Source: Candidatus Aenigmatarchaeota archaeon (GTDB lineage: Archaea > Aenigmatarchaeota > Aenigmatarchaeia > JACPZZ01). Taken from it: DNA of 18,208 nucleotides. The stretch is taken from NCBI GenBank assembly GCA_043801595.1, contig JAZDLW010000018.1:1-18208 (forward strand), read 5' to 3'. The position numbers and the translations under genes were made by a program. Shown piece by piece: positions 11,107 to 18,208 of this stretch (positions within the stretch are counted from its first letter, which is position 1; each line of letters opens with the position of its first letter). Under the pieces are notes generated by a model that had not been told where the DNA came from, ran no database searches, and worked only from the letters and a program-made list of their open reading frames with translations.

Positions 11107-11475
11107 CTAGTCTTCGCTTATATTCTCTTCATCGCCTTCAAGCAGTTTTATCTGTTCGGGCGCGAGCAACACCTTGAATGTCTTCCAGTGTATCTTGTTT
11201 TCCCAGTCGTCAAAGTAATCAAGTATTCGTTGCATCTCATCCATCGCAACGATGAATACCGAGTTGTCGACTCGTATGTGAGGTACGCCCTCCATGACAC
11301 CCTCTCTGTGATAATGGTAAACGCTGTTATTTTTCTTGATTATCTGGTTCCAGCCGTAAAGGCCCCGGAAAAACCTGTTTCTTTCATAGTTTGAATCGAA
11401 TTTGGAGCAATCCATGTCAAATGATATCAATATTCCGATTTCGTCGCCGTTTCGCCTTATCTCGATCCTTACCAT
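11107..11475 (-). CDS. Hypothetical protein, probably Cas2/VapD-like ferredoxin fold, 122 aa
   Basis: ILISFDMD first strand, helix ERNRFFRGL, then RVDNSVFIV, resembling Cas2 (YD ... QxSVF) and VapD (FDxD). RBS-like GGCGAAGG upstream. The ORF is well supported; the fold is inferred. Confidence 0.6.
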   Translation of the reverse strand: MVRIEIRRNGDEIGILISFDMDCSKFDSNYERNRFFRGLYGWNQIIKKNNSVYHYHREGVMEGVPHIRVDNSVFIVAMDEMQRILDYFDDWENKIHWKTFKVLLAPEQIKLLEGDEENISED

Positions 11476-11485
11476 ATCCTTCGCC

Positions 11486-11617
11486 TTAATTCTCTTGCAG
11501 CACGGTTTTGTCTTTGTTAAGGTTGATTATTGCCATAAATGCTTCTTCCTTGGTGCCAAACACAGCAAACACGGGCACATTGCCCATCGATTCGATTGTT
11601 ACGTTTCGTCTATCCAT
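11486..11617 (-). CDS. Putative 43-aa microprotein MDRRNVTIESMGNVPVFAVFGTKEEAFMAIINLNKDKTVLQEN (below ORF-track cutoff)
   Basis: Manual translation from ATG 11617 to TAA 11486. GGCGA RBS-like motifs upstream; stops 10 nt before the next ATG on the same strand. Confidence 0.5.
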   Translation of the reverse strand: MDRRNVTIESMGNVPVFAVFGTKEEAFMAIINLNKDKTVLQEN

Positions 11618-11719
11618 CGCTCGCCATCGCCTTTCGCTTAAGCCTTTTCTAAAGGCTTATTTTAGATCAAATGAACTAAACAAATATGATCACGTAAGTA
11701 TTTAAGTTTTTTGGTATAC

Positions 11720-11806
11720 TTGATCTAAACTTTCTCACAGGAAACGTCTGCGTTTCCTGTGCACGGAAACCGTAAGTTTCCGTTGTATGGAGAAAGTTTA
11801 GATCAA
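11720..11806. repeat. 87-bp nested inverted-repeat element (three-way junction)
   Basis: Perfect 17-bp terminal IR TTGATCTAAACTTTCTC (11720-11736) / GAGAAAGTTTAGATCAA (11790-11806). It encloses hairpins ACAGGAAACG-TCTG-CGTTTCCTGT (11737-11760) and ACGGAAAC-CGTAA-GTTTCCGT (11763-11783). Confidence 0.9.
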
Positions 11807-11860
11807 AGAAGTTACGCCCAAACCTTTAAACCAAAACGACCAAAGAATTGAAAGCTGTCT

Positions 11861-12487
11861 ATGGCAACGATTCTCGACTATTCAACAATCGCGATCCAGT
11901 TTATTGTCCAGATAATATCTGCCGGCGGTTATCTGGGAATATTCATCCTTATGGCGCTGGAAAGCATGGCAGCGCCTGTTCCAAGTGAACTGGTTATGCC
12001 TTTTATCGGTTTTTTGGTCGTTGACGGCAAACTCGATCTGTTAATAGTCATAGCAGTAACCAGTTTAGCCTCGTTAACAGGATCATTGATTTCTTACTAC
12101 ATCGCATACTTTGGTGAAATCGAGATCGTGCATCACTTCGGAAAATTCTTCTTTATTGACAAAGAACATCTGCGAATGACCTCGGAATGGTTCAAAAAAC
12201 ACGGTAGCGTAACAGTTTTAGTTAGCCGCTTCATTCCGGTCGTCCGTCATCTCATCTCGCTGCCAGCCGGTTTCGGAAGGATGGATTTGAAAAAATTCAT
12301 TACATATACCCTGATAGGTGCAACAGCTTGGAACGTTTTTCTATTATGGATCGGCATGCAGCTGCGCGAGCGCTGGGAGGTAATTCATAATTACAGCAGG
12401 CAGTTCGATATTGTCGTAATCGTTGTCCTGGTTCTGGCAGTTGCTTTTTACGCTTACATGCGAATTAAAAAATCGAAGAAAGCCTGA
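11861..12487 (+). CDS. DedA family membrane protein, 208 aa
   Basis: GYLGIF.LMALES..PVPSELVMPF.G, GSLISY, WF.KHG...V.VSRFIPVVRHLISLPAG, F..YT.IGA..W. Confidence 0.95.
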   Translation: MATILDYSTIAIQFIVQIISAGGYLGIFILMALESMAAPVPSELVMPFIGFLVVDGKLDLLIVIAVTSLASLTGSLISYYIAYFGEIEIVHHFGKFFFIDKEHLRMTSEWFKKHGSVTVLVSRFIPVVRHLISLPAGFGRMDLKKFITYTLIGATAWNVFLLWIGMQLRERWEVIHNYSRQFDIVVIVVLVLAVAFYAYMRIKKSKKA

Positions 12488-12724
12488 TTAAAGTTTGTTC
12501 GCGACATTCCAGATGTCTTTGCAGCTGTCGCATAGCCTCCATATTTTTAGACCAGTCGAGTCGCGGAATATTTCGTAAAGCCTTATGTGTTTCATACAAA
12601 CAACGTTCGAACAGCGTTCACAGCTTCGTTGGCAAGCCGGACAGGTTCGCGTGTCGCAAACGCCACAAATTCCGCCTGTAGGGTTCATCAGCGAACCGCA
12701 TATAGGACAAGACACCAAGGTCAC
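12488..12724 (-). CDS. Small Cys-rich multi-zinc-finger protein, 78 aa
   Basis: GTG start. Five CxxC pairs plus one CxxH: CPIC, CGVC, CPAC, CERC, CMKH, CDSC. Confidence 0.75.
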   Translation of the reverse strand: MTLVSCPICGSLMNPTGGICGVCDTRTCPACQRSCERCSNVVCMKHIRLYEIFRDSTGLKIWRLCDSCKDIWNVANKL

Positions 12725-12728
12725 AATC

Positions 12729-12866
12729 CTATGCTCTGTTAAGCGAAATAGTCGGCGCTGGGAATTTCACGATCTGGATTTTTGTTCCGAATTTTTGGTC
12801 GTAAAACCAACCGTTTTCAGCAGTCCTTTCATTCTTGTACGAGCAGTTTTCACATGCCATTTTCAT
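12729..12866 (-). CDS. Putative 45-aa microprotein MKMACENCSYKNERTAENGWFYDQKFGTKIQIVKFPAPTISLNRA
   Basis: Manual translation. One CxxC; the stop lies 4 nt before the GTG of the Zn-finger gene; it fills the gap up to the divergent lrp promoter. Confidence 0.45.
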   Translation of the reverse strand: MKMACENCSYKNERTAENGWFYDQKFGTKIQIVKFPAPTISLNRA

Positions 12867-12964
12867 CACTGTTCAATAGTGGTGTCTTAGTAATTAATCT
12901 CTTTGCCTAATTTAATCTTAAAAATTGTCATATTTTTAAGTAATACAAGTAATAAATAAGATAT

Positions 12965-13480
12965 ATGAACCAAAATTATACCAGAATAATTAAAAAAGAA
13001 GACCAGAAAGTGCCGTTTTTACGGGTATTGGACAGGAAAGACAGGGATATTTTGAATATCCTTTCCAAAAACGCAAGGTCAAAACTTGTCTACATAGCCA
13101 AAAAAATCGGGCTTTCCGTAGATGCGACAAAGAAGAGGATAATGAAACTGGAGCGGGACGGTGTTATAACGCGTTACACAATACAGGTTAACCCGCCTGT
13201 TATAGGCCTGCCGCTTGGCATTCACATATATCTGAAGCTGAAAAACTTTGACCAGAAAAGGCTGGACGAATTCATCAGATATCTGACAGGCAACCCGCGC
13301 GTTATCGACGTCATGTCAATGGCCGGCGACTACGATCTTTACATCGTGTTGCTCGCATCCGATACAGTGGATTTGGACAGAAGAAAAAATGAAATAAGGC
13401 AGAAATTCTCAGACCTGATCGGCGATTGGAAAGAAGTCCTGGTGACAAAAATTTACATGCTTGAAGATTACAGGTTCTGA
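12965..13480 (+). CDS. Lrp/AsnC family transcriptional regulator, 171 aa
   Basis: LD.KD.DIL..L..NAR.....IAKKIGLS......RI.KLE.DGVI..Y winged HTH; RAM domain with AGDYDL. Confidence 0.95.
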   Translation: MNQNYTRIIKKEDQKVPFLRVLDRKDRDILNILSKNARSKLVYIAKKIGLSVDATKKRIMKLERDGVITRYTIQVNPPVIGLPLGIHIYLKLKNFDQKRLDEFIRYLTGNPRVIDVMSMAGDYDLYIVLLASDTVDLDRRKNEIRQKFSDLIGDWKEVLVTKIYMLEDYRF

Positions 13481-13528
13481 GCCGTTCATGTGCTTAAATT
13501 TAAGCGAACGGCCACAAACAATTAAATT

Positions 13529-15298
13529 GTGCAAGAAAAAAAACTGAGAAAGGAAATAACGCTTCTTAGCGCAGTTTTGTACGGCACCGGTGTCATACTC
13601 GGCGCAGGAATATATGTTCTTATCGGGCAAGGTGCTGCTCTCGCTGGCAATATGCTTTGGCTGTCGTTTTTGATAGCGGCAGCAATCGCCGCGTTTACCG
13701 GTTTCAGTTACGCTGAGTTGGTGAGCATGTTCCCGCGAAACGCAGCGGAATACGTGTACACGAAAAATGCGTTTAACAGCAAATCGCTCGCGTTTGTCGT
13801 CCAGTGGATAATGGTCGTTACAATGATCATCAGCGCCGCAACCGTTGCTCTAGGTTTCGGCGGTTATATGAATTTTCTGCTTGGCGTATCGCCGTCAGCC
13901 AGTGCGGTTGCGCTCATCATACTTGTTTCCGCGATAAATTACAGGGGAATAAAGGAATCAACGCGTTTCAATGATATTTCAAGCATCATAGAAATCCTTG
14001 GTCTCGTATTGGTCGCGTTGGTGGGCGTGCTTTTTTTAGGTAAATCACATGTTGATTTCTTTTATTCGCCTTCAGGCACGCAGGGGATATTTTCGGCAAT
14101 TGCATTGATATTTTTCGCGTATATAGGATTCGAGGAGGTCGTTAATTTATCGGAGGACACGAAAAAAGCGAAAACCATCATTCCAAAAGCGCTGCTGATA
14201 TCGCTTTTCGTCTCAACATTGCTTTACATTCTCGTGTCCGTGTCGTCGTTAAGCATTCTCGGCGCAGAGCGCCTTGGTGCATCGAAAGCGCCGCTTGCTG
14301 ACGTTGTTTCCGCGGTATTGCCCGGCGGCGGCATCTTGTTGTCGTTAATAGCGCTTTTTGCAACATCAAATACGGTATTAGTGATAATCCTTGTAGCGTC
14401 GAGAATGGTTTACGGCCTTGCCGGCAGCGGTTCGTTGCCTTCGGTACTCGGTAAAGTGGGTCGGCGTGGCACGCCCGATTTTGCGTTGGCTACGGTTGCT
14501 GTTGTATCGTTGTTATCGCTCCTGCTCGGTAACATAAGAACCGTCGCATTGTTAACCGATATCGGGATATTTCTCGTATACGTTTCCGTTAACGCCTCGC
14601 TTATTGCGCTGCGTTACAAAAAACCGGACGCGAGCAGACCGTTCCGCTCGCCCGTTAATATCGGAAACTTTCCTGTGCTGGCGTTCTTCGGGTTATTGAC
14701 AAGCGGTTATATGCTGACGCATTTCACTGCGGAAATAGTGCTGCTGCAGTTCGGTGTGATCGTCGCGGGTTTTGTGATTTACAAAACATTTATCAAAACG
14801 CGCGAGTTTGAAAGGAAAATTTACGCTGGAATGTTCAGGAAATCGGTTTTCACAATAAGCAGGAGCGAACTGTTCACCAAATCATTGACATATCCCGCCA
14901 AAGTTTCTTCGATAATGGTGACAAATGTCAAAACAGCATCACCTGAACATGACACGAAAAAGATCGCCGCTGTTATGAAACGTCATAAACTGGGTTCGAT
15001 GATAGTTGTAAAAAACAACAGACCCGTCGGCATCGTAACAGAGCGAGACATCATGAAAGTTGTTGCGAAGAACAAGCTTCCGTCGCGGGTGTTCGTAAAG
15101 CACATAATGAGCACTCGGCTGGTTATTGTAAAACCGTCGGACAGCGTTCTCTATGCTATAAAGTTGATGGCAAAAAACAACATCAAAAAACTTCCTGTTG
15201 TCGAGAACAACAGGCTCGTTGGCATAGTGACGGAAAGCGACATTATCAAAAGCGGCGAAAAAATTGAATACAAGACAATGAAAAAACTCGCCAAATGA
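13529..15298 (+). CDS. APC-superfamily amino acid permease fused to a C-terminal CBS pair, 589 aa
   Basis: G.ILGAGIY, SYAEL..MFP, FFAYIGFEE, ASRMVYG, RPFRSP and about 12 hydrophobic segments. Then VSSIM ... VGIVTERDI and VKHIM ... LPVV ... LVGIVTESDI CBS motifs in the same frame. Confidence 0.93.
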   Translation: MQEKKLRKEITLLSAVLYGTGVILGAGIYVLIGQGAALAGNMLWLSFLIAAAIAAFTGFSYAELVSMFPRNAAEYVYTKNAFNSKSLAFVVQWIMVVTMIISAATVALGFGGYMNFLLGVSPSASAVALIILVSAINYRGIKESTRFNDISSIIEILGLVLVALVGVLFLGKSHVDFFYSPSGTQGIFSAIALIFFAYIGFEEVVNLSEDTKKAKTIIPKALLISLFVSTLLYILVSVSSLSILGAERLGASKAPLADVVSAVLPGGGILLSLIALFATSNTVLVIILVASRMVYGLAGSGSLPSVLGKVGRRGTPDFALATVAVVSLLSLLLGNIRTVALLTDIGIFLVYVSVNASLIALRYKKPDASRPFRSPVNIGNFPVLAFFGLLTSGYMLTHFTAEIVLLQFGVIVAGFVIYKTFIKTREFERKIYAGMFRKSVFTISRSELFTKSLTYPAKVSSIMVTNVKTASPEHDTKKIAAVMKRHKLGSMIVVKNNRPVGIVTERDIMKVVAKNKLPSRVFVKHIMSTRLVIVKPSDSVLYAIKLMAKNNIKKLPVVENNRLVGIVTESDIIKSGEKIEYKTMKKLAK

Positions 15299-15326
15299 TT
15301 TTTTCCGCTGTTTTTATTGAAGGTTG

Positions 15327-15665
15327 TTAATCGCCCGAGGCAATCGTATAAATCGCTTTAATCGCGACTATGACAGCTGCCGGCGCAACGAACACGCCGA
15401 TGTTTCCCAGAATTTGCTGTATTAACAATCCGATGTATGGCAGCGAACCGGCATTCACATTTCCAGCTGCGATTATGGTTATCGCCGCAACAAGGAAGTG
15501 TGTCGTATCCTTATCGTTTACGTTTAACAATCCCACAACTGCGCCGAGAATAACAAGTAAAGCTTTAACAATAATCGGGTCAAGTGCGATGAACGGCGTC
15601 AGGAATGACACGGCAGTGCCGAGTATGAACGCCAAACTCCCGATTTTTCCAGTATCGATGTTCAT
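15327..15665 (-). CDS. Small hypothetical membrane protein (about 4 TM), 112 aa
   Basis: Highly hydrophobic: GSLAFILG, LVILGAVVGLLNV.DKD...FLVA, FVAPAAVIVAIKA. RBS-like AAGGA upstream. Confidence 0.8.
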   Translation of the reverse strand: MNIDTGKIGSLAFILGTAVSFLTPFIALDPIIVKALLVILGAVVGLLNVNDKDTTHFLVAAITIIAAGNVNAGSLPYIGLLIQQILGNIGVFVAPAAVIVAIKAIYTIASGD

Positions 15666-15733
15666 CTAAACCGTCCTTACAATAAGTATACGGATTATTG
15701 TTGTATAAATATTACGTTTGCGATCTGATAGTT

Positions 15734-16048
15734 ATGTCCGGTAAAATCATGAATCCTGTGTTAGTCGGTTTGGTGTCCGGTTTATTGGCATCCTTCGGTC
15801 TTGTATATTATGTTTCAAATGCGCTGTCGCCCGGAATATTGGGTACGTTGGCGCTGGTTGTTGTCGGATTTCTGTTCGGGATCTTTGTTGCATTGTTATC
15901 AGGAACAACGTTTTTTGTCATAAGCTTGAAAAAGATCTTCGGCTGCTTCGATAATTGTGCATATTGTAAAAAACAAATGCCGAACAATGCCGCTTTCTGT
16001 CCGCATTGCGGCAAGCAAACCGTGCATTTAAGCATAGTTAAATTCTGA
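15734..16048 (+). CDS. Membrane protein with C-terminal zinc ribbon, about 104 aa
   Basis: Two TM segments, then CAYC ... FCPHCG. ATG 15734 preferred over TTG 15698. Confidence 0.75.
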   Translation: MSGKIMNPVLVGLVSGLLASFGLVYYVSNALSPGILGTLALVVVGFLFGIFVALLSGTTFFVISLKKIFGCFDNCAYCKKQMPNNAAFCPHCGKQTVHLSIVKF

Positions 16049-16058
16049 CGGTGTTCAA

Positions 16059-16793
16059 ATGGAAAACGAAACAATCGGAACGAGCAAGGGATTCGTGATC
16101 AAGCTCAAGGTCGCAAAACCTCTGGATAATCTTTTATCCGGTGGAATAGAGGCAGGCGCGCTCACAAATTTTTGCGGTCCGCCGGGTTCCGGTAAAACTA
16201 ACGTTTGTATGCTTGCAGTGGTAAGCGCTGTAGAATCCGGGAAAAAAGTTATTTACATAGACACCGAAGGCGGGTTTTCATTCGAGCGTTTCAAACAGCT
16301 CGCAGGCGATAAAACCGATAACATCCTTGATAAAATAATATTTCTTGAGCCGAAAAGCCTGAAAGAGCAGGAAGAGATGATAAGAAAATGCAGGAACATC
16401 GCCTCGAAAGAGGACATTGGTTTAGTTGTGCTCGACTCGTCAGTTGCGTTGTACAGATTGGAATACGCCGAGACGGACGATGTGATGAAAGCGAATAAAC
16501 AGCTAGGTATTCATTTATCAATGTTATCCGGCATGGCTCGTGACCTAAAGATTCCGGTTGTGATAACGACCCATGTTTTCAAGAAGAATGATTCCGAAAT
16601 TCTTGACGTGATCGGCGGCGACGCGATAAAATACTGGTGCAAATCAATAATTTTGATTGATAAGACAAGGGAGACAAGCGTTCGCAGCGCAACGATTGTG
16701 AAACATCGCTCGATAACTGAAGGCAAATCCGTTAATTTCCTTTTAACAGAAACCGGTATCGAAGCAGTTGAAAAGAAGTTCGGGCTGTTTTAG
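16059..16793 (+). CDS. radB: DNA repair and recombination protein RadB, 244 aa
   Basis: LD.LL.GG, Walker A GPPGSGKT, YIDTEGGFS.ER, Walker B VVLDS, and the RadB-specific KHR motif. No RadA N-terminal HhH domain. Confidence 0.95.
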   Translation: MENETIGTSKGFVIKLKVAKPLDNLLSGGIEAGALTNFCGPPGSGKTNVCMLAVVSAVESGKKVIYIDTEGGFSFERFKQLAGDKTDNILDKIIFLEPKSLKEQEEMIRKCRNIASKEDIGLVVLDSSVALYRLEYAETDDVMKANKQLGIHLSMLSGMARDLKIPVVITTHVFKKNDSEILDVIGGDAIKYWCKSIILIDKTRETSVRSATIVKHRSITEGKSVNFLLTETGIEAVEKKFGLF

Positions 16794-17714
16794 CTACTTT
16801 TTATTAAAATTTATGTTTTCGTAGGACGCTTTGCAGTCGTCCACCGTCAGAATTCCAAATCTACCTTCATCAGCGTAACTGGCATTCCAAAACAATTCAT
16901 TCTGCAATTCACCTTCTGCCACATGGTTTCCGTTCCTGTCATTTGCACGATGTGCGGATTCGTGGAAATGCCCGCTTACGCTTTTTCTGACACCCAAATC
17001 TTCGTAAATCGTTCGCAGATCCTCATTGCCCCTGTTTTCTTTTTTCATTATTACAGGAAAGCCCGCCTGAACAAGTTGCTCGCCTATTGGTCCCGGAAAT
17101 ACGCTTCCCATATCAATGGGCGAATTTTTCAATGAAAAATCGGTTGTCGCCTCGCCAAAATACGCGGTATCGACGGCACTATCCGGCTTGTCGAATTTTC
17201 TTGGAACATGGCATATGACTATGGTCCTCTCGGGTTCTGTAATTAATTTTCTTAAGTCTTCTATATTCGTCATTCGTGTGATGCCTGTATTCGTTCTGTA
17301 AAATCCTGTTTTTTTTCCTAGTCCAAAATGATAACCCTGTCCCGCAGCGTCATTTGGCGCCCAGTCCGAACCGGGCAAAAACACAATGTGATGATCCTTG
17401 GTTTCGAGTTTTGGGTTTTCAACAGTGTAAATAATATTGCTGTAACGTGTTTGAAACGCTTTTATTACAGGTTCGAAATCTGAAACTTTTTCATGGCTTC
17501 CGGGTTGCACGTATGTTTCCATGCCTATATCGCCTGTATGACCAAGCAGATACGCCAGATAATCTTGTTCGCTGATGTTGTTTACAGATCCGATAATATC
17601 GCCGTTGAATATCAGTTTTTTTACGCCCATCTCTTTGAATGCGTATATGGCGAACTGTATGCTTGTCGGAACTGTCCTATGAATATCAGAAATAATTCCG
17701 TATTTGGTTTTCAT
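16794..17714 (-). CDS. Calcineurin-like metallophosphoesterase, 306 aa
   Basis: ISDIH, NGD, PGSHE, CHVP, SGHFHE. Confidence 0.85.
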   Translation of the reverse strand: MKTKYGIISDIHRTVPTSIQFAIYAFKEMGVKKLIFNGDIIGSVNNISEQDYLAYLLGHTGDIGMETYVQPGSHEKVSDFEPVIKAFQTRYSNIIYTVENPKLETKDHHIVFLPGSDWAPNDAAGQGYHFGLGKKTGFYRTNTGITRMTNIEDLRKLITEPERTIVICHVPRKFDKPDSAVDTAYFGEATTDFSLKNSPIDMGSVFPGPIGEQLVQAGFPVIMKKENRGNEDLRTIYEDLGVRKSVSGHFHESAHRANDRNGNHVAEGELQNELFWNASYADEGRFGILTVDDCKASYENINFNKK

Positions 17715-17716
17715 AG

Positions 17717-17968
17717 TTATTCAGCCTGTTTTTTCGTACTGTCGTAAATCATTTGCACATAAAATTTTCTTTGATTTTTCGGAACGAGTAAAGCTGCGTT
17801 GTAGACAGGTGAAATCATGAACATTGTCCTTCCTTTCCTGTACATGTCTGAGCCTCCGAATGTCCATCCTTCATTTACAAGACCCATCCTTTCAATATAA
17901 TCTTGGTCGAGCGTCTGATACGCCTTTATTCCATAAGCTTCGCTTAATTGTCCAGTCATTATGTCCAC
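17717..17968 (-). CDS. Hypothetical protein, about 83 aa
   Basis: Lies 2-3 nt from both same-strand neighbours (operon-like). No recognised motif. Start could be GTG 17968 or ATG 17959. Confidence 0.6.
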   Translation of the reverse strand: MDIMTGQLSEAYGIKAYQTLDQDYIERMGLVNEGWTFGGSDMYRKGRTMFMISPVYNAALLVPKNQRKFYVQMIYDSTKKQAE

Positions 17969-17971
17969 AGT

Positions 17972-18208
17972 TTACAGCGTAAACAATCCGTTTACCATTT
18001 TTAAAAGTCCGTCTTTTGTGCGTAAATGTTCCGGTATCGCTACCTGCCTTGTCGTTACCCAGACGCCTGAAGCGTTTTCATTGCTCAAAAAAATCGTTTC
18101 GTTTTCTTTTTCCGCTCGGATCATTTCCCATCCCAATATATGATCTGGAATGCCGGTTATCCATTCAATGTCCGAGTATCCTTCCTTTTTCAGATCTTCC
18201 AGCGCAAG
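17972..18208 (-). CDS. 3' end of a hypothetical protein entering from beyond the window (LALEDLKKEGYSDIEW ... MVNGLFTL*)
   Basis: Open frame of 78 codons from the window edge to TAA at 17972-17974, 3 nt before the next ORF. Confidence 0.65.
   Translation of the reverse strand, partial: LALEDLKKEGYSDIEWITGIPDHILGWEMIRAEKENETIFLSNENASGVWVTTRQVAIPEHLRTKDGLLKMVNGLFTL

Noticed and set aside
11402..11705. Plus-strand ORFs 11402-11641 and 11508-11705
   Set aside because: They overlap the minus-strand unit, lack recognisable motifs and run through the promoter and hairpin region.
11107..11860. Possible CRISPR locus (Cas2-like gene plus palindromes)
   Set aside because: No regularly spaced direct repeats with unique spacers, and no cas1 or other cas genes in the window.

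Overview
Compact archaeal chromosomal segment. Archaeal markers are a type II Map, a Trm5-family methyltransferase, Cdc48, RadB, an Lrp/AsnC regulator and TATA boxes about 29 nt upstream of many start codons. Tightly abutting or overlapping convergent genes suggest a streamlined, possibly DPANN-like genome (inference only). In order the window holds: tRNA-Leu(CAG), fused guaA, a Trm5-family MTase, DUF192, map, a pentapeptide-repeat protein, a five-gene alternating-strand cluster (HAD / nucleoside hydrolase / HAD / PfkB kinase / HAD), cdc48 preceded by a standalone Cas2/VapD-like ORF and a 43-aa ORF, an 87-bp nested inverted-repeat element, DedA, small Zn-finger ORFs, Lrp plus an APC permease-CBS fusion, two membrane proteins, radB, a metallophosphoesterase and two unknown ORFs. 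No CRISPR array, transposase or integrase was seen. The best leads are the putative nucleotide/nucleoside salvage cluster with a non-canonical hydrolase, the microprotein/Cas2-VapD-like/cdc48 unit, and the adjacent structured palindrome with two related hairpins elsewhere. All family calls come from motif recognition by eye; no searches were run.
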